A DNA stretch of 64,000 nt from a virus. This document shows positions 55,701 to 62,716 of this stretch, in pieces (the stretch's first letter is position 1; every line of letters begins with the position of its first letter). The notes beneath the pieces are model-generated. The model was not told the origin of the DNA. It did not search any database and saw only the letters and a list, made by a program, of their open reading frames with translations. Position numbers and translations under genes: made by a program. The stretch lies in the IMG/VR virus record IMGVR_UViG_3300034691_000040, positions 32,001 to 96,000 of that record. The stretch is one strand, 5' to 3'.

Positions 55701-56445
55701 TCTTTTCAAACTGCTGCTGGCTTTTGGAGAAGTGCTCTCTTTGCAGAGCAAACATCTTCATGTTAACGTCGAGTTGACGATAACCAATTTCCAGATTCTT
55801 CTGATGGTATTTGATCAGGACATTATCCTGATACCCTACCAACCGGCCAATGTCACGACCAATGGAAGTTTGGACATGCATGTCCAGTTCAAAACGTTTC
55901 TGATCACGGATGTCACGAGCGGCACCAGCGTACGTGTCTTGCAACTGCGCTGCGGACTGGGCTTTGAACATAGCGCCCAAACCCGACAGGTTACCCTCTA
56001 ATTCGCTGGGCGAAGAACCGCCGTACGAAGAGCCCGAATCAGAGTCCTGAATAGCGTCTCGTGCACTTTTAGGCAGAAACCGCATAAGCAGACTTTTATC
56101 TTTATCGGCGCCAGCCTTAAGCTTTCTAAGGTATGGATCAAGCTCCGACTTGTTATCTTTCAGAATACTGGCAATACCGCGATCCACGGCATCGTATGTA
56201 TTGAGGGCCTGAGTATAACCCTTCGGAAGTACTCCGGACAGCATACGCCGCACAAAACTGCGGTCGATAAGTCTGTCTTTAGACGTCTTTAAAAAACTCT
56301 CCGCTCCCGCATGAAAAGGCGTACGGGTACCTTTTTTCTTTGACTTCCCCGCTCCGTCGCCAAAGGCGTCGAAATCCATGTCTCCAAAGTCGAGCTCATC
56401 GAAGTCTGGTGGCTTGGGGAGATCATGGTCATCTTTTTTAGCCAT
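49762..56445 (-). CDS. Tail tape measure / cell-puncturing protein with lytic transglycosylase domain (phiKZ gp181-like)
   Basis: 2227 aa, largely helical. SLT motifs AAVESG...GLFQF..TW and AAHFLG..GA near the C-terminus; divergent from the vRNAP beta-prime gene. Confidence 0.9.
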   Translation of the reverse strand: MAKKDDHDLPKPPDFDELDFGDMDFDAFGDGAGKSKKKGTRTPFHAGAESFLKTSKDRLIDRSFVRRMLSGVLPKGYTQALNTYDAVDRGIASILKDNKSELDPYLRKLKAGADKDKSLLMRFLPKSARDAIQDSDSGSSYGGSSPSELEGNLSGLGAMFKAQSAAQLQDTYAGAARDIRDQKRFELDMHVQTSIGRDIGRLVGYQDNVLIKYHQKNLEIGYRQLDVNMKMFALQREHFSKSQQQFEKILENTALPDFAKMTHGEVLKQQLSTKLASGAIDSVNNFTTKYFGGMKDNASNALGAGLNAFSMFKDMDMPGMSKSHMVGDMLGQFAGQAAAQGVEYLISLLSDRYGVNIKNNKHMAKGDNTLRDILSSIPQRLNEYAKSEGTRSDWVGLAEESLKGMLDTYSATSSIKGTAITDLDKPAYMDNLFYKSVTDIMPGLMASMDRSLKVLVTGEDHEEVAYSHYSGGFVNRSTLNQQHVKNALLEGGGDALRQSVDGLLRQMGASDLSLDAKKALRRALMKDMANAHRFVPARYVKIETWKNEPEDIANELIEFFANKFGLSPSGDQMDQSQETKKHRLDVSDRFSEIQSRLPEFGTRMDKLSGVVGRRTWRELGLSRFNGSGDVIDLDKVYDLILNSTDDFDPKDEEKLKKAMTPEQWRVLMVAKKKKLADEEEKLRTGANNNGLDVFNQPLTRNLGRSIVGKPSGPSNGTPAVQIEWPEILNVKDEGTHSRLDAIIGLSGQSSQLLELIAQLIPNAGSKGGGGGGAPGPDGAPDAGGGGGSMDDAIAEQIAEIKRRWYDASIREGAGGTARAAKNTLFKAGSMFGKYLKFSYGAIFGGSSEAAKAVWGAAKFPFKALDGFGISDIHKAGDDIPIMLARDIRKGYYFDIDSKKVITKLKDITGPVKDVRTNEVVLTQEDIDAGLYSGTGESLAGYFSHLSLSAGGLLARGAKAYISGTYGTMWKVGKAVGRVVLDQFTQFDAYLPGDTEPRIRSVLMKKGAYRTATGAVITTLKDIKGPVYEMDDEGNRKEIVSQDEIDKYKSFYTVNGSLLYTVGSGLISMSARTAIMAGKAAKWYGQKAMGFYKGIAKMVGGIGRGIKNFVMGRFKNGAVGMLDDEMSLAAVEIGSHQLQTQIQILEFMKSRWDQEGVHGDNDGDGTRDWSWQDILKRRKDKLAAKAGAVGAGAMEGAESIVDAIKKMNKNLDEKLEELRETTEEAGENGMLENAGDIADIADAGKGGKGKAGKAGKVGKLARAGGWLKGKAGGLMRKVPGGASLLKAGSWLGRGAWAAATVAAPFVTEAAVGLASLLTAPVVLGALAVGAVAYGGYKYYKSEQAKEYPLIYLRMTQYGVNPTDEKRVNAMIQLEGNVRRGTVVDSSGNPQLDPSKMELNSILELFDATDEGRRNKLFSWIQNRFKPVYLAHCAAMLRIRKTTDLTSVDTGIGDSDLDAFLGIVDATGMQSMYNDLATSPFDGDLTEDADDVDSAIKMVKGKRKTANDEKKARTDMAVGLGNPAGVIQAATVAVTPGGTGDANQIARGLIIKQTLRTGRMSMGTAGVASAANIQTSLDIPTAVRYITYGIKEMKLSKCIQLQKVEEIYWPVLTYMGTSKATLNGNTDDLEARVIDIFKPSNENERADVQKWVRFRFLPAFLQYAISVRRRYNGDAKDAARNLTGPAMRQVLDEMTRTVVDTPMGETTVWKVGNTPWPGEMLESMAGATKAYIDALDREDTAKVLDVKGMEAQKNQDPNDYGKTLTNTALGNQRANASGSGVNQSGPTLGNYAKIYGQGAVAGGAKGQSVGYGTGAMLMNGPAGTQVKHPGGGTGGDINSLPNNTGKGVEAMGPIITQAANMVGFDPEIALNVAAVESGMDPTASSGIAFGLFQFVSGTWSDMLTKYGDTYGIAPNTPPSDPRANAILGACYLKENYEGLTGMLGGNVSDVDLYAAHFLGLGGAKRFLPAPNNESAAGYVSDAAIRNNQSVFMEGGRMRTVGEVKQELQRRIQIGRKKAGIGAEKAPQGGIGVKTDANGLPIMSSGATASDGSDGGGPTSAGAAVAASDAAAAANGGASGSPAASTPTAASGAPVPSDVAAEVNGAAPGAGAFGGAQATPAGDFDNGTAAPSFQAPPQSAPTPSATRAVAKDTVDKNYKQQAESAESVSVLMQQQLTALQSMDTNILDIRNQLIEMINKSSGSGKQAPEPSQFEPARKEPINTRRTGAVT

Positions 56446-56459
56446 TACGTCTCACTCAA

Positions 56460-56485
56460 CATAAAGGGTGGCTATATGGGTCATA
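56460..56485. promoter_or_regulatory. Candidate divergent late promoters (CATA 56460, TATG 56475, CATA 56482)
   Basis: Three TATG cores lie in the 59-nt gap between the tape measure and vRNAP genes. Confidence 0.35.
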
Positions 56486-56504
56486 CCACTTCGACACAGG
56501 GACA

Positions 56505-58181
56505 TTGTCCATGAAAACCGATGTCTTACCCGCACTGATCTGGATTCTCCACACGGAGGACAGTGACTTAGCGCATCTTGCGCCGATCACCCGTTTGGAC
56601 ATTACTGAAGGTGCCAGCACCAACTTCCACGATGATGGGTTGTTCTCCACCCGCATCTTTGGACCAGTGGGTTCTGTTCAGCGGGACGAAGTCTTTGCTA
56701 AGCTTAAGTTAAACGTCCGGGTTCTACACCCGAAGATTTATAGAGACCTCATTAACCTCAAGGCTCTTTATAAGGAGATTCTTGAAGGTTCTCGGACTGC
56801 CAAGTTCAATGACGTCGAAGGGGACTTCTATCCAAGCGTTGATGCCGATGCTGAAACAGGTTATGCGTTCTTTATGTTCCACCTGGATAAGCTCAAGCTC
56901 AAACGCACTGAATCCCCAGCCCGTAACGAACGCATTGATTTCCTTGAACGCTGGTGGCATCGTAAGACGCTAACCAACCTGCCGGTCATGCCAGCAGGAC
57001 TTCGAGACATTGAAATCGGTGAAGATGGTCGTTGGACAAAGCATGAAATCAATGACTTCTATTTCCGGGTCATGTACACCGCTTTGAACATCGCTCAAAA
57101 CCGTGACACTGAAAACGTCATCTACGATAGCCCTCGGTTGCTGTTAACCAAAGCTATCTATGAAATCTATTCTTACGTCGAACGCATCATTGGCGGTAAG
57201 AGTGGGTTCATCCGTGATAAGTGGGCGTCACGCCGTGTGCTCTACGGTACCCGTAACGTTCTGACATCCATGGAGACGTCGGGTTACAGCTTGGAGTCCC
57301 CTAACGTACCGGCATTTGATGCGACCGTTCTAGGGACCTTCCAGGCGGCTGTAGCACTGGCGCCAGTTGTGGTCTTCTGGATGAGGACTGGGTATCTGTC
57401 CAAGATCATGACGGCAGGTGATGGCGATGTGATGCTGGTGAACACCAAGACGCTCAAACCTGAGTGGACTTCGTTATCGCCCACCATGCGAGATCGCTGG
57501 ACAACCTTCGACGGACTGAGGGAAGTCATTAACAGCCTGGTCGACATCGAAGCACGACATCGTCCTGTGATGATTGGCGACCATTACCTGTCGCTGGTCT
57601 ATAACGGTGAAGGTGTCTTCCGTGTTTTCGACGACATTGACGACCTACCAGAAAACTTCGATCGTAAAGATGTGCACCCAATGACATTGATCGAACTGAT
57701 CTACTTGTCGGGTTATTCCAAATGGGTCAAGTACTTCCTTGACGTGGTTCGTTATCCGATCAATGGTGATGACTCCACTTACCCTTCACGGATGCACGTC
57801 AAGACCACTTCTGTGGGCGAGATCCGTCGTGAGCTGGACACTGGCTGGATGCCACTTGAGGGCGATGAGTACTTGGCGGTTGAGTACCCCAACTATACTC
57901 TGCGCGGCTATCACGATTCTGAGTCACCTGCTCCAAGTCGCCTTGTAGGTCTGGGTGCTGACTTTGACGGCGATACAGGTTCTGGTACAGCTGTCATGAC
58001 GAACGATGCTTTAAGAGAAACAGAGAAATATCTTTCGACGCGTGAAGCCTGGGTAAAACCATCGGGTGAACCGCGTGCTCAGATTGACTACGATACTGCT
58101 GACTTTGTGATCAAGAATCTGACTGGACGGTTCAATCACGTTAAGCAGGCAAGTCACAAGGCATTAGCTCAAAAGGGGTAA
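56505..58181 (+). CDS. rpoC: Virion RNA polymerase beta-prime subunit, catalytic fragment (phiKZ gp180-like)
   Basis: GLFSTRIFG, NLPVMPAGLRD, GKSGFIRDKWASRRV and catalytic GADFDGD. Confidence 0.9.
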   Translation: MSMKTDVLPALIWILHTEDSDLAHLAPITRLDITEGASTNFHDDGLFSTRIFGPVGSVQRDEVFAKLKLNVRVLHPKIYRDLINLKALYKEILEGSRTAKFNDVEGDFYPSVDADAETGYAFFMFHLDKLKLKRTESPARNERIDFLERWWHRKTLTNLPVMPAGLRDIEIGEDGRWTKHEINDFYFRVMYTALNIAQNRDTENVIYDSPRLLLTKAIYEIYSYVERIIGGKSGFIRDKWASRRVLYGTRNVLTSMETSGYSLESPNVPAFDATVLGTFQAAVALAPVVVFWMRTGYLSKIMTAGDGDVMLVNTKTLKPEWTSLSPTMRDRWTTFDGLREVINSLVDIEARHRPVMIGDHYLSLVYNGEGVFRVFDDIDDLPENFDRKDVHPMTLIELIYLSGYSKWVKYFLDVVRYPINGDDSTYPSRMHVKTTSVGEIRRELDTGWMPLEGDEYLAVEYPNYTLRGYHDSESPAPSRLVGLGADFDGDTGSGTAVMTNDALRETEKYLSTREAWVKPSGEPRAQIDYDTADFVIKNLTGRFNHVKQASHKALAQKG

Positions 58182-58187
58182 TGATTC

Positions 58188-61100
58188 ATGGCCGAATTAT
58201 TGGCTTACGACAGATACCGACTGCGCTTCACATTGTGGAAGACCAGTCAGTTGCAAGCGCCAGTCGTTTATCCGATTGCCCGTCTGCAGTTACCGAAGAT
58301 GTCTGTCCTGCACTTTGCTCCAGCCGATGGTGTCACCATGGGTCCGCAAATCAGCGACCCATTGATGCGCTCAGTCCCTGGCGTGATCTACATCGATCAC
58401 GTCAAGCAGTATGGTCAGCCTGAAGGCAACCCGATCCGCACGTTCAGTCAGGCTGACACGCTGATCACGCAGTTTCGTCAACGTAACCGGGCCTTCCGTC
58501 CTTTAAGGAAGTTAGACCGCCTGGAGACAGACCAGCGTACGCTGGTGGTTTACAACTATGCCCTGCTGAGCCACATGGTTCGGTACGCTACATCGTTCAG
58601 GGCTGGCTGGTACATGTGGCGGAACGTGTACGCTGAAGTGATGAACAATATCAATGCTCTCTGCGAAGAGAGTCAGCGACATCATTTCATCGAACTGCCT
58701 TTGCCTGAAGTAATGCCTGGGCTGGGTACCTTGCGTACGTTCTCGACGCGTCAAACTGCTGACGTACTGAACAGTCTGCGCGATGATGGCTCTAAGCAAG
58801 TTGCTGACCTGTTTGTCTGGGCTGGTAAGTTGCGTGAAAACAGTCTGCTCAGTAAGATCAAGCCTGAAAACTACCCGAAGGTAAACATCATCATTCGCCG
58901 ACTCAATGGCTTTGTGGTGGTTAACCTTGGCTGGTTGGACGGTCTGCGTAAATCAGACGATCCTGCAGTAAAGAACAAAGGCGTGTCTTACGACCCAGCC
59001 ATGTTCCAGCTTCTGCTGCTGAAGTTTCTGACCACACTGCATCAAGCAACATCCCCTATCGAAACCGACCTCAAAAACGAGGTGGTTGAAGAACCTGTAG
59101 TTGAGGTGGATGTTGATGGCGTTGGCTTGGACGACCTTGAGCTGACAGCGGAGTATGACGAACTTCCACCGTCTGATGAATTGGACGATGATGACGTCAC
59201 GATTGCAGCGCTTGAAAAAGAGCTGGAAGAGTTGGATCTGCTGAAGCAGCGCGCTATTGATGAAGCAATCCAGTACGATGAAGATGGCGAGAAGCTTGAA
59301 ACCAAAGCAATCGACATCAACATGCTGGCAGCAGATAAAGCCGCTAAGACGACAGGTTCGCCTATTGTCGATAAGGCTAATGAACTGGCAGGCAAAGGAC
59401 TGCTGACGGCGGCCGAACATCGCCGACTGGAACGCATCTCCGGTATCTTCAAAACCCTACCTAACCCGTTCGGTGGCGAAGGCACTCTGGTTGACGCGAT
59501 CGAGATCCCTCAAGAAGATATCGAGATCAAACCAACCGTATTGGCCGATGCCAGCACACTCATCGACAAATCGTTGGCTGTCTCGAAGACCGACACGTTT
59601 GAACGCCAGTACCTTGAAAAGGTGTTGCGTAAAGACATCGTTCGGTGTGTTGCTGCTATCCAGAAAGCTCCGGTGGCGATCACCAGCTACTCGATCAACC
59701 GCTTGACGGATGCCAGTAACGATCAGGAGATCCACTCGTTTAAAATCACTCCCGCTGTTGGTGAGTCGTCTACGGTGTCGTTCCCACTTCCGGTTGTAAA
59801 GCCAGATGGGTCGTTTCTGTATAACGGCACTAAGTACCGGATGCGTAAGCAACGTGTGGATTTGCCAATCCGTAAGTTGTCACCAGTACAAGTGGGGCTG
59901 AGCAGTTATTACGGCAAGGTCTTTATTGAGCGTTCTGAACGTAAGAACTTCAACTACGAAAAGTGGTTCATGGGTCAGCTGATTATCAAGGCGCTCGATC
60001 CTGAAGATCCAAACGTTGGTAAGGCCATGCTCAGTACAGTGGCCGATTACCTGATTGATGTGCCAAAGATGTACACGTCGATCTCTGAACGCATCATGTC
60101 GATGGTTTGCGGAAAGAACCAGCTGTGGTTTGATCACAAGCGTCGGGTTGAGAAGTTCAAGTACACCGCTGAACAACTGGCCTTTGAAAAGAAAGGTTGG
60201 GCACTATGTGGACAAAATGATCAGGGCCAAGCTTTGATCATGGACATCAACAACATGATCTACCGAATCGTCCCAGACAAACAGGGCGGTAGTCTTCAGG
60301 AAGTCGGTACGATCAATGACCTGACCGGCATCACCGAAGACACGGGAACGCCGATCAGCGCGATTGAAGTCAAAGTGTATTCCAAGAACATCCCCATGGG
60401 TTTGGTTCTGGCTTACCTCCTGGGCTTTAATAAGCTGCTGGACTTGCTCAAAGTAAAACCTCGTCGTGTGTTGGCGGGTGCTCGCTTGAATCTTGAGCCG
60501 CACGAATACGCCATTCGGTTTGTTGATGAGTCGTTGGTCTTCAGCCGTAAGGACATCGTTCCATCGCTGATCCTGTCAGGTTTCAATCTGGCTAAGGATG
60601 CTGTCCGTAACTACAGTGGTGCAATGTTCGATGGCAAGGATGTCTACAGTGCGATCTTTGATCGGTCCGGCATTGGTTCCAGGTTCCTGCGTGAGTTGGA
60701 TTCGTTGGACACCATGTTTGTCGACCCTATCACGGAAGATCTGCTGAAATGGATGAAGGAGCCAACTGAGTTCACGGGTCTGTTGGTTCGGGCTACGGAG
60801 ATGTTGGTTAACGCCAAGGTCGACGAAGCACGTAAGGATAAAGATGGTGTGGTAGAACTGCTCGAACGTGTGCGTGGCTATGAGCGTATTGCTGGGATGG
60901 TGTATGAAAACCTGTCCAAGCGTGTGCGTGAATACAACGCCCGTGCTTCAAGTGGCCGTGCCAGCATCAAGATGAATCCGAACGATCCGATCAACATGCT
61001 GATCAAGGACCCTACCACTTCGCCTGTCAACAACATCAACCCAATTCACGCTCTGCGCGAACGGGAAGTGATCACCTTTGGTGGTCGTGGTGGTCGTAGC

Positions 61101-62456
61101 CGTCGGGCGATGGTGGCAAGGACTCGTTTGTACAAACGCACTGACATGGGCCTGATCACTGAAGGTACCGTGGACAGTGGCGACGTGGGCATCATCGCTT
61201 ACATGCCGCAGAACGCTAACCTGACAACAGTGCGTGGTACCGTTCGCCAATACAATCCGAAAACCGATGGTGCTGCTACTATCATGTCGACTCCAGCTTT
61301 GCTGGGCGTAGGCGCTGATGGTGACGATCCAAAACGTATCGGGTTTAGTGCTATCCAGCATGGTCACGGTATTGCCACTGAGAACTATGAAGTGGCTCCT
61401 GGCTTGACTGAAATGGAAGCGATGATTGCTTCGCGGTCAGGCCCTGAGTTCGCTCAGGTTGCAAGCGGTAAAGGCAAGGTTACTGAAATCGGTCCTCAGC
61501 ACATTGCGGTTGAATACGCAAATGGTGAAATCTTCCGTGCTCCATTGGGAATGATCCACACCAACGCTGAAGGTACGCTGTATCCAAACACACTGGTTAC
61601 CGGTCTTGTTGTCGGCGATACAGTGGAACAGTTTGATGTACTGACCTATAATCCGGGCTTCTTTAAAGTGAGTCCGTTTAATCCTCGGCGTGTAAACTAC
61701 GCTGGGTCATGTTTGGCGCGTGTTGCCATCCGTGAGGCCACGTATACGTTGGAAGACTCCTGCTCTCTTTCTGAAGCATTCGCTCGCCGAATGGTCACGA
61801 AGGTAGCGAAGCCTAAACCCGTCAATGTCGACTTCCATGATGAAATCGTGGGGCTGGTAAAAGTAGGTCAACGGGTGGATCTTGATACAACGCTATGTAG
61901 CATCGAGGGTAGCGTTTCCTCAGCCGCAGGGTTGTTTGACGATTCCAACATCGATACGCTTAAACTGTTCACCCCGTCCGCACCTAAAGCTAAAACTGTC
62001 GGAGTCGTGTCTAAGATCGAAGTCTTCTACAATGGCGACATTGAAGACATGTCTGAGTCTCTGCAGGTCATCGTGGCTGAATCCGAAAAGGGTCGTCGTC
62101 GATTGGCTAAAGCGTTGGGTGAGGAATACACGTCGGGGTTTGTGGGACGTAATGTGCGAAAGGAAGGGACTAACCTTGAGCCACATCGGGCGATGATCTT
62201 GGTTTACATCGACGCCGAAGTCCCAATGGGTATTGCTGACAAGCTGGTAATTGGTAATCAGATGAAGTCGGTGGTCGGCGCTGTACTCTTTGGTGAGAAC
62301 CAAACTGAGTCAGGCGGTCAGGTCGATATTGTCTTTGGTGCTCTTTCTGCGATAAACCGTATTGTGACTGGGTTGTTTACGGGCGGCTCACTCAACACAG
62401 TGGTGCGGGTTATCGGCGAAGAAGCGTTTGCCATGTATTTCGAAGATGCTGCTTAA
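58188..62456 (+). CDS. rpoB: Virion RNA polymerase beta subunit, large N-terminal part (phiKZ gp178-like)
   Basis: 1422 aa. DSGDVGII, ATYTLEDSCSLSE and MGIADKLVIGNQMKSVVG...DIVFG are RpoB-like motifs; acidic insertion. Confidence 0.88.
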   Translation: MAELLAYDRYRLRFTLWKTSQLQAPVVYPIARLQLPKMSVLHFAPADGVTMGPQISDPLMRSVPGVIYIDHVKQYGQPEGNPIRTFSQADTLITQFRQRNRAFRPLRKLDRLETDQRTLVVYNYALLSHMVRYATSFRAGWYMWRNVYAEVMNNINALCEESQRHHFIELPLPEVMPGLGTLRTFSTRQTADVLNSLRDDGSKQVADLFVWAGKLRENSLLSKIKPENYPKVNIIIRRLNGFVVVNLGWLDGLRKSDDPAVKNKGVSYDPAMFQLLLLKFLTTLHQATSPIETDLKNEVVEEPVVEVDVDGVGLDDLELTAEYDELPPSDELDDDDVTIAALEKELEELDLLKQRAIDEAIQYDEDGEKLETKAIDINMLAADKAAKTTGSPIVDKANELAGKGLLTAAEHRRLERISGIFKTLPNPFGGEGTLVDAIEIPQEDIEIKPTVLADASTLIDKSLAVSKTDTFERQYLEKVLRKDIVRCVAAIQKAPVAITSYSINRLTDASNDQEIHSFKITPAVGESSTVSFPLPVVKPDGSFLYNGTKYRMRKQRVDLPIRKLSPVQVGLSSYYGKVFIERSERKNFNYEKWFMGQLIIKALDPEDPNVGKAMLSTVADYLIDVPKMYTSISERIMSMVCGKNQLWFDHKRRVEKFKYTAEQLAFEKKGWALCGQNDQGQALIMDINNMIYRIVPDKQGGSLQEVGTINDLTGITEDTGTPISAIEVKVYSKNIPMGLVLAYLLGFNKLLDLLKVKPRRVLAGARLNLEPHEYAIRFVDESLVFSRKDIVPSLILSGFNLAKDAVRNYSGAMFDGKDVYSAIFDRSGIGSRFLRELDSLDTMFVDPITEDLLKWMKEPTEFTGLLVRATEMLVNAKVDEARKDKDGVVELLERVRGYERIAGMVYENLSKRVREYNARASSGRASIKMNPNDPINMLIKDPTTSPVNNINPIHALREREVITFGGRGGRSRRAMVARTRLYKRTDMGLITEGTVDSGDVGIIAYMPQNANLTTVRGTVRQYNPKTDGAATIMSTPALLGVGADGDDPKRIGFSAIQHGHGIATENYEVAPGLTEMEAMIASRSGPEFAQVASGKGKVTEIGPQHIAVEYANGEIFRAPLGMIHTNAEGTLYPNTLVTGLVVGDTVEQFDVLTYNPGFFKVSPFNPRRVNYAGSCLARVAIREATYTLEDSCSLSEAFARRMVTKVAKPKPVNVDFHDEIVGLVKVGQRVDLDTTLCSIEGSVSSAAGLFDDSNIDTLKLFTPSAPKAKTVGVVSKIEVFYNGDIEDMSESLQVIVAESEKGRRRLAKALGEEYTSGFVGRNVRKEGTNLEPHRAMILVYIDAEVPMGIADKLVIGNQMKSVVGAVLFGENQTESGGQVDIVFGALSAINRIVTGLFTGGSLNTVVRVIGEEAFAMYFEDAA

Positions 62457-62469
62457 TTAACCCCCGTGC

Positions 62470-62502
62470 CCCACCTCCAGTTCTGCTGGGGGTGGGTGTA
62501 TG
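62470..62502 (+). terminator. Hairpin-TATG family member after the vRNAP beta gene
   Basis: CCCACCTCCAG-TTCTG-CTGGGGGTGGG then TGTATG. Confidence 0.65.
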
Positions 62503-62518
62503 TACACTTGAGGAATGA

Positions 62519-62716
62519 TTGATGACACCCACCGAGTTGAATAACCTGCCGATCCTTGCGACGGCTGTCCAGCTGGTCAGCGAAATCGCTTTGAACGTGG
62601 TTGGTAATGACATTGCCTCGGAAGTCGGAGGCCAAAAGATTACTCAAGCTTCCGTCAAGATCCTGGCGGCGACGATGATCAACAAAACCCTGACCGAGAA
62701 AATCAGCCATGCTTGA
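62519..62716 (+). CDS. Small hypothetical protein, probably virion-associated (65 aa)
   Basis: GAGG RBS; stop overlaps the next start. Confidence 0.55.
   Translation: MMTPTELNNLPILATAVQLVSEIALNVVGNDIASEVGGQKITQASVKILAATMINKTLTEKISHA

Noticed and set aside
56505-62456. Inteins or introns in the RNAP genes (also checked helicase and UvsX)
   Set aside because: The ORFs are continuous and of family-typical length, with no C/S...HN intein ends or LAGLIDADG motifs recognised. Split RNAP subunits are the known state of this family.
1-62502. Hairpin family as REP/MITE-like mobile elements or a CRISPR array
   Set aside because: No RAYT/HUH transposase, target duplications or regular spacer periodicity in the window, and all copies sit directly after stop codons. 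A REP-like origin cannot be excluded without the rest of the genome.
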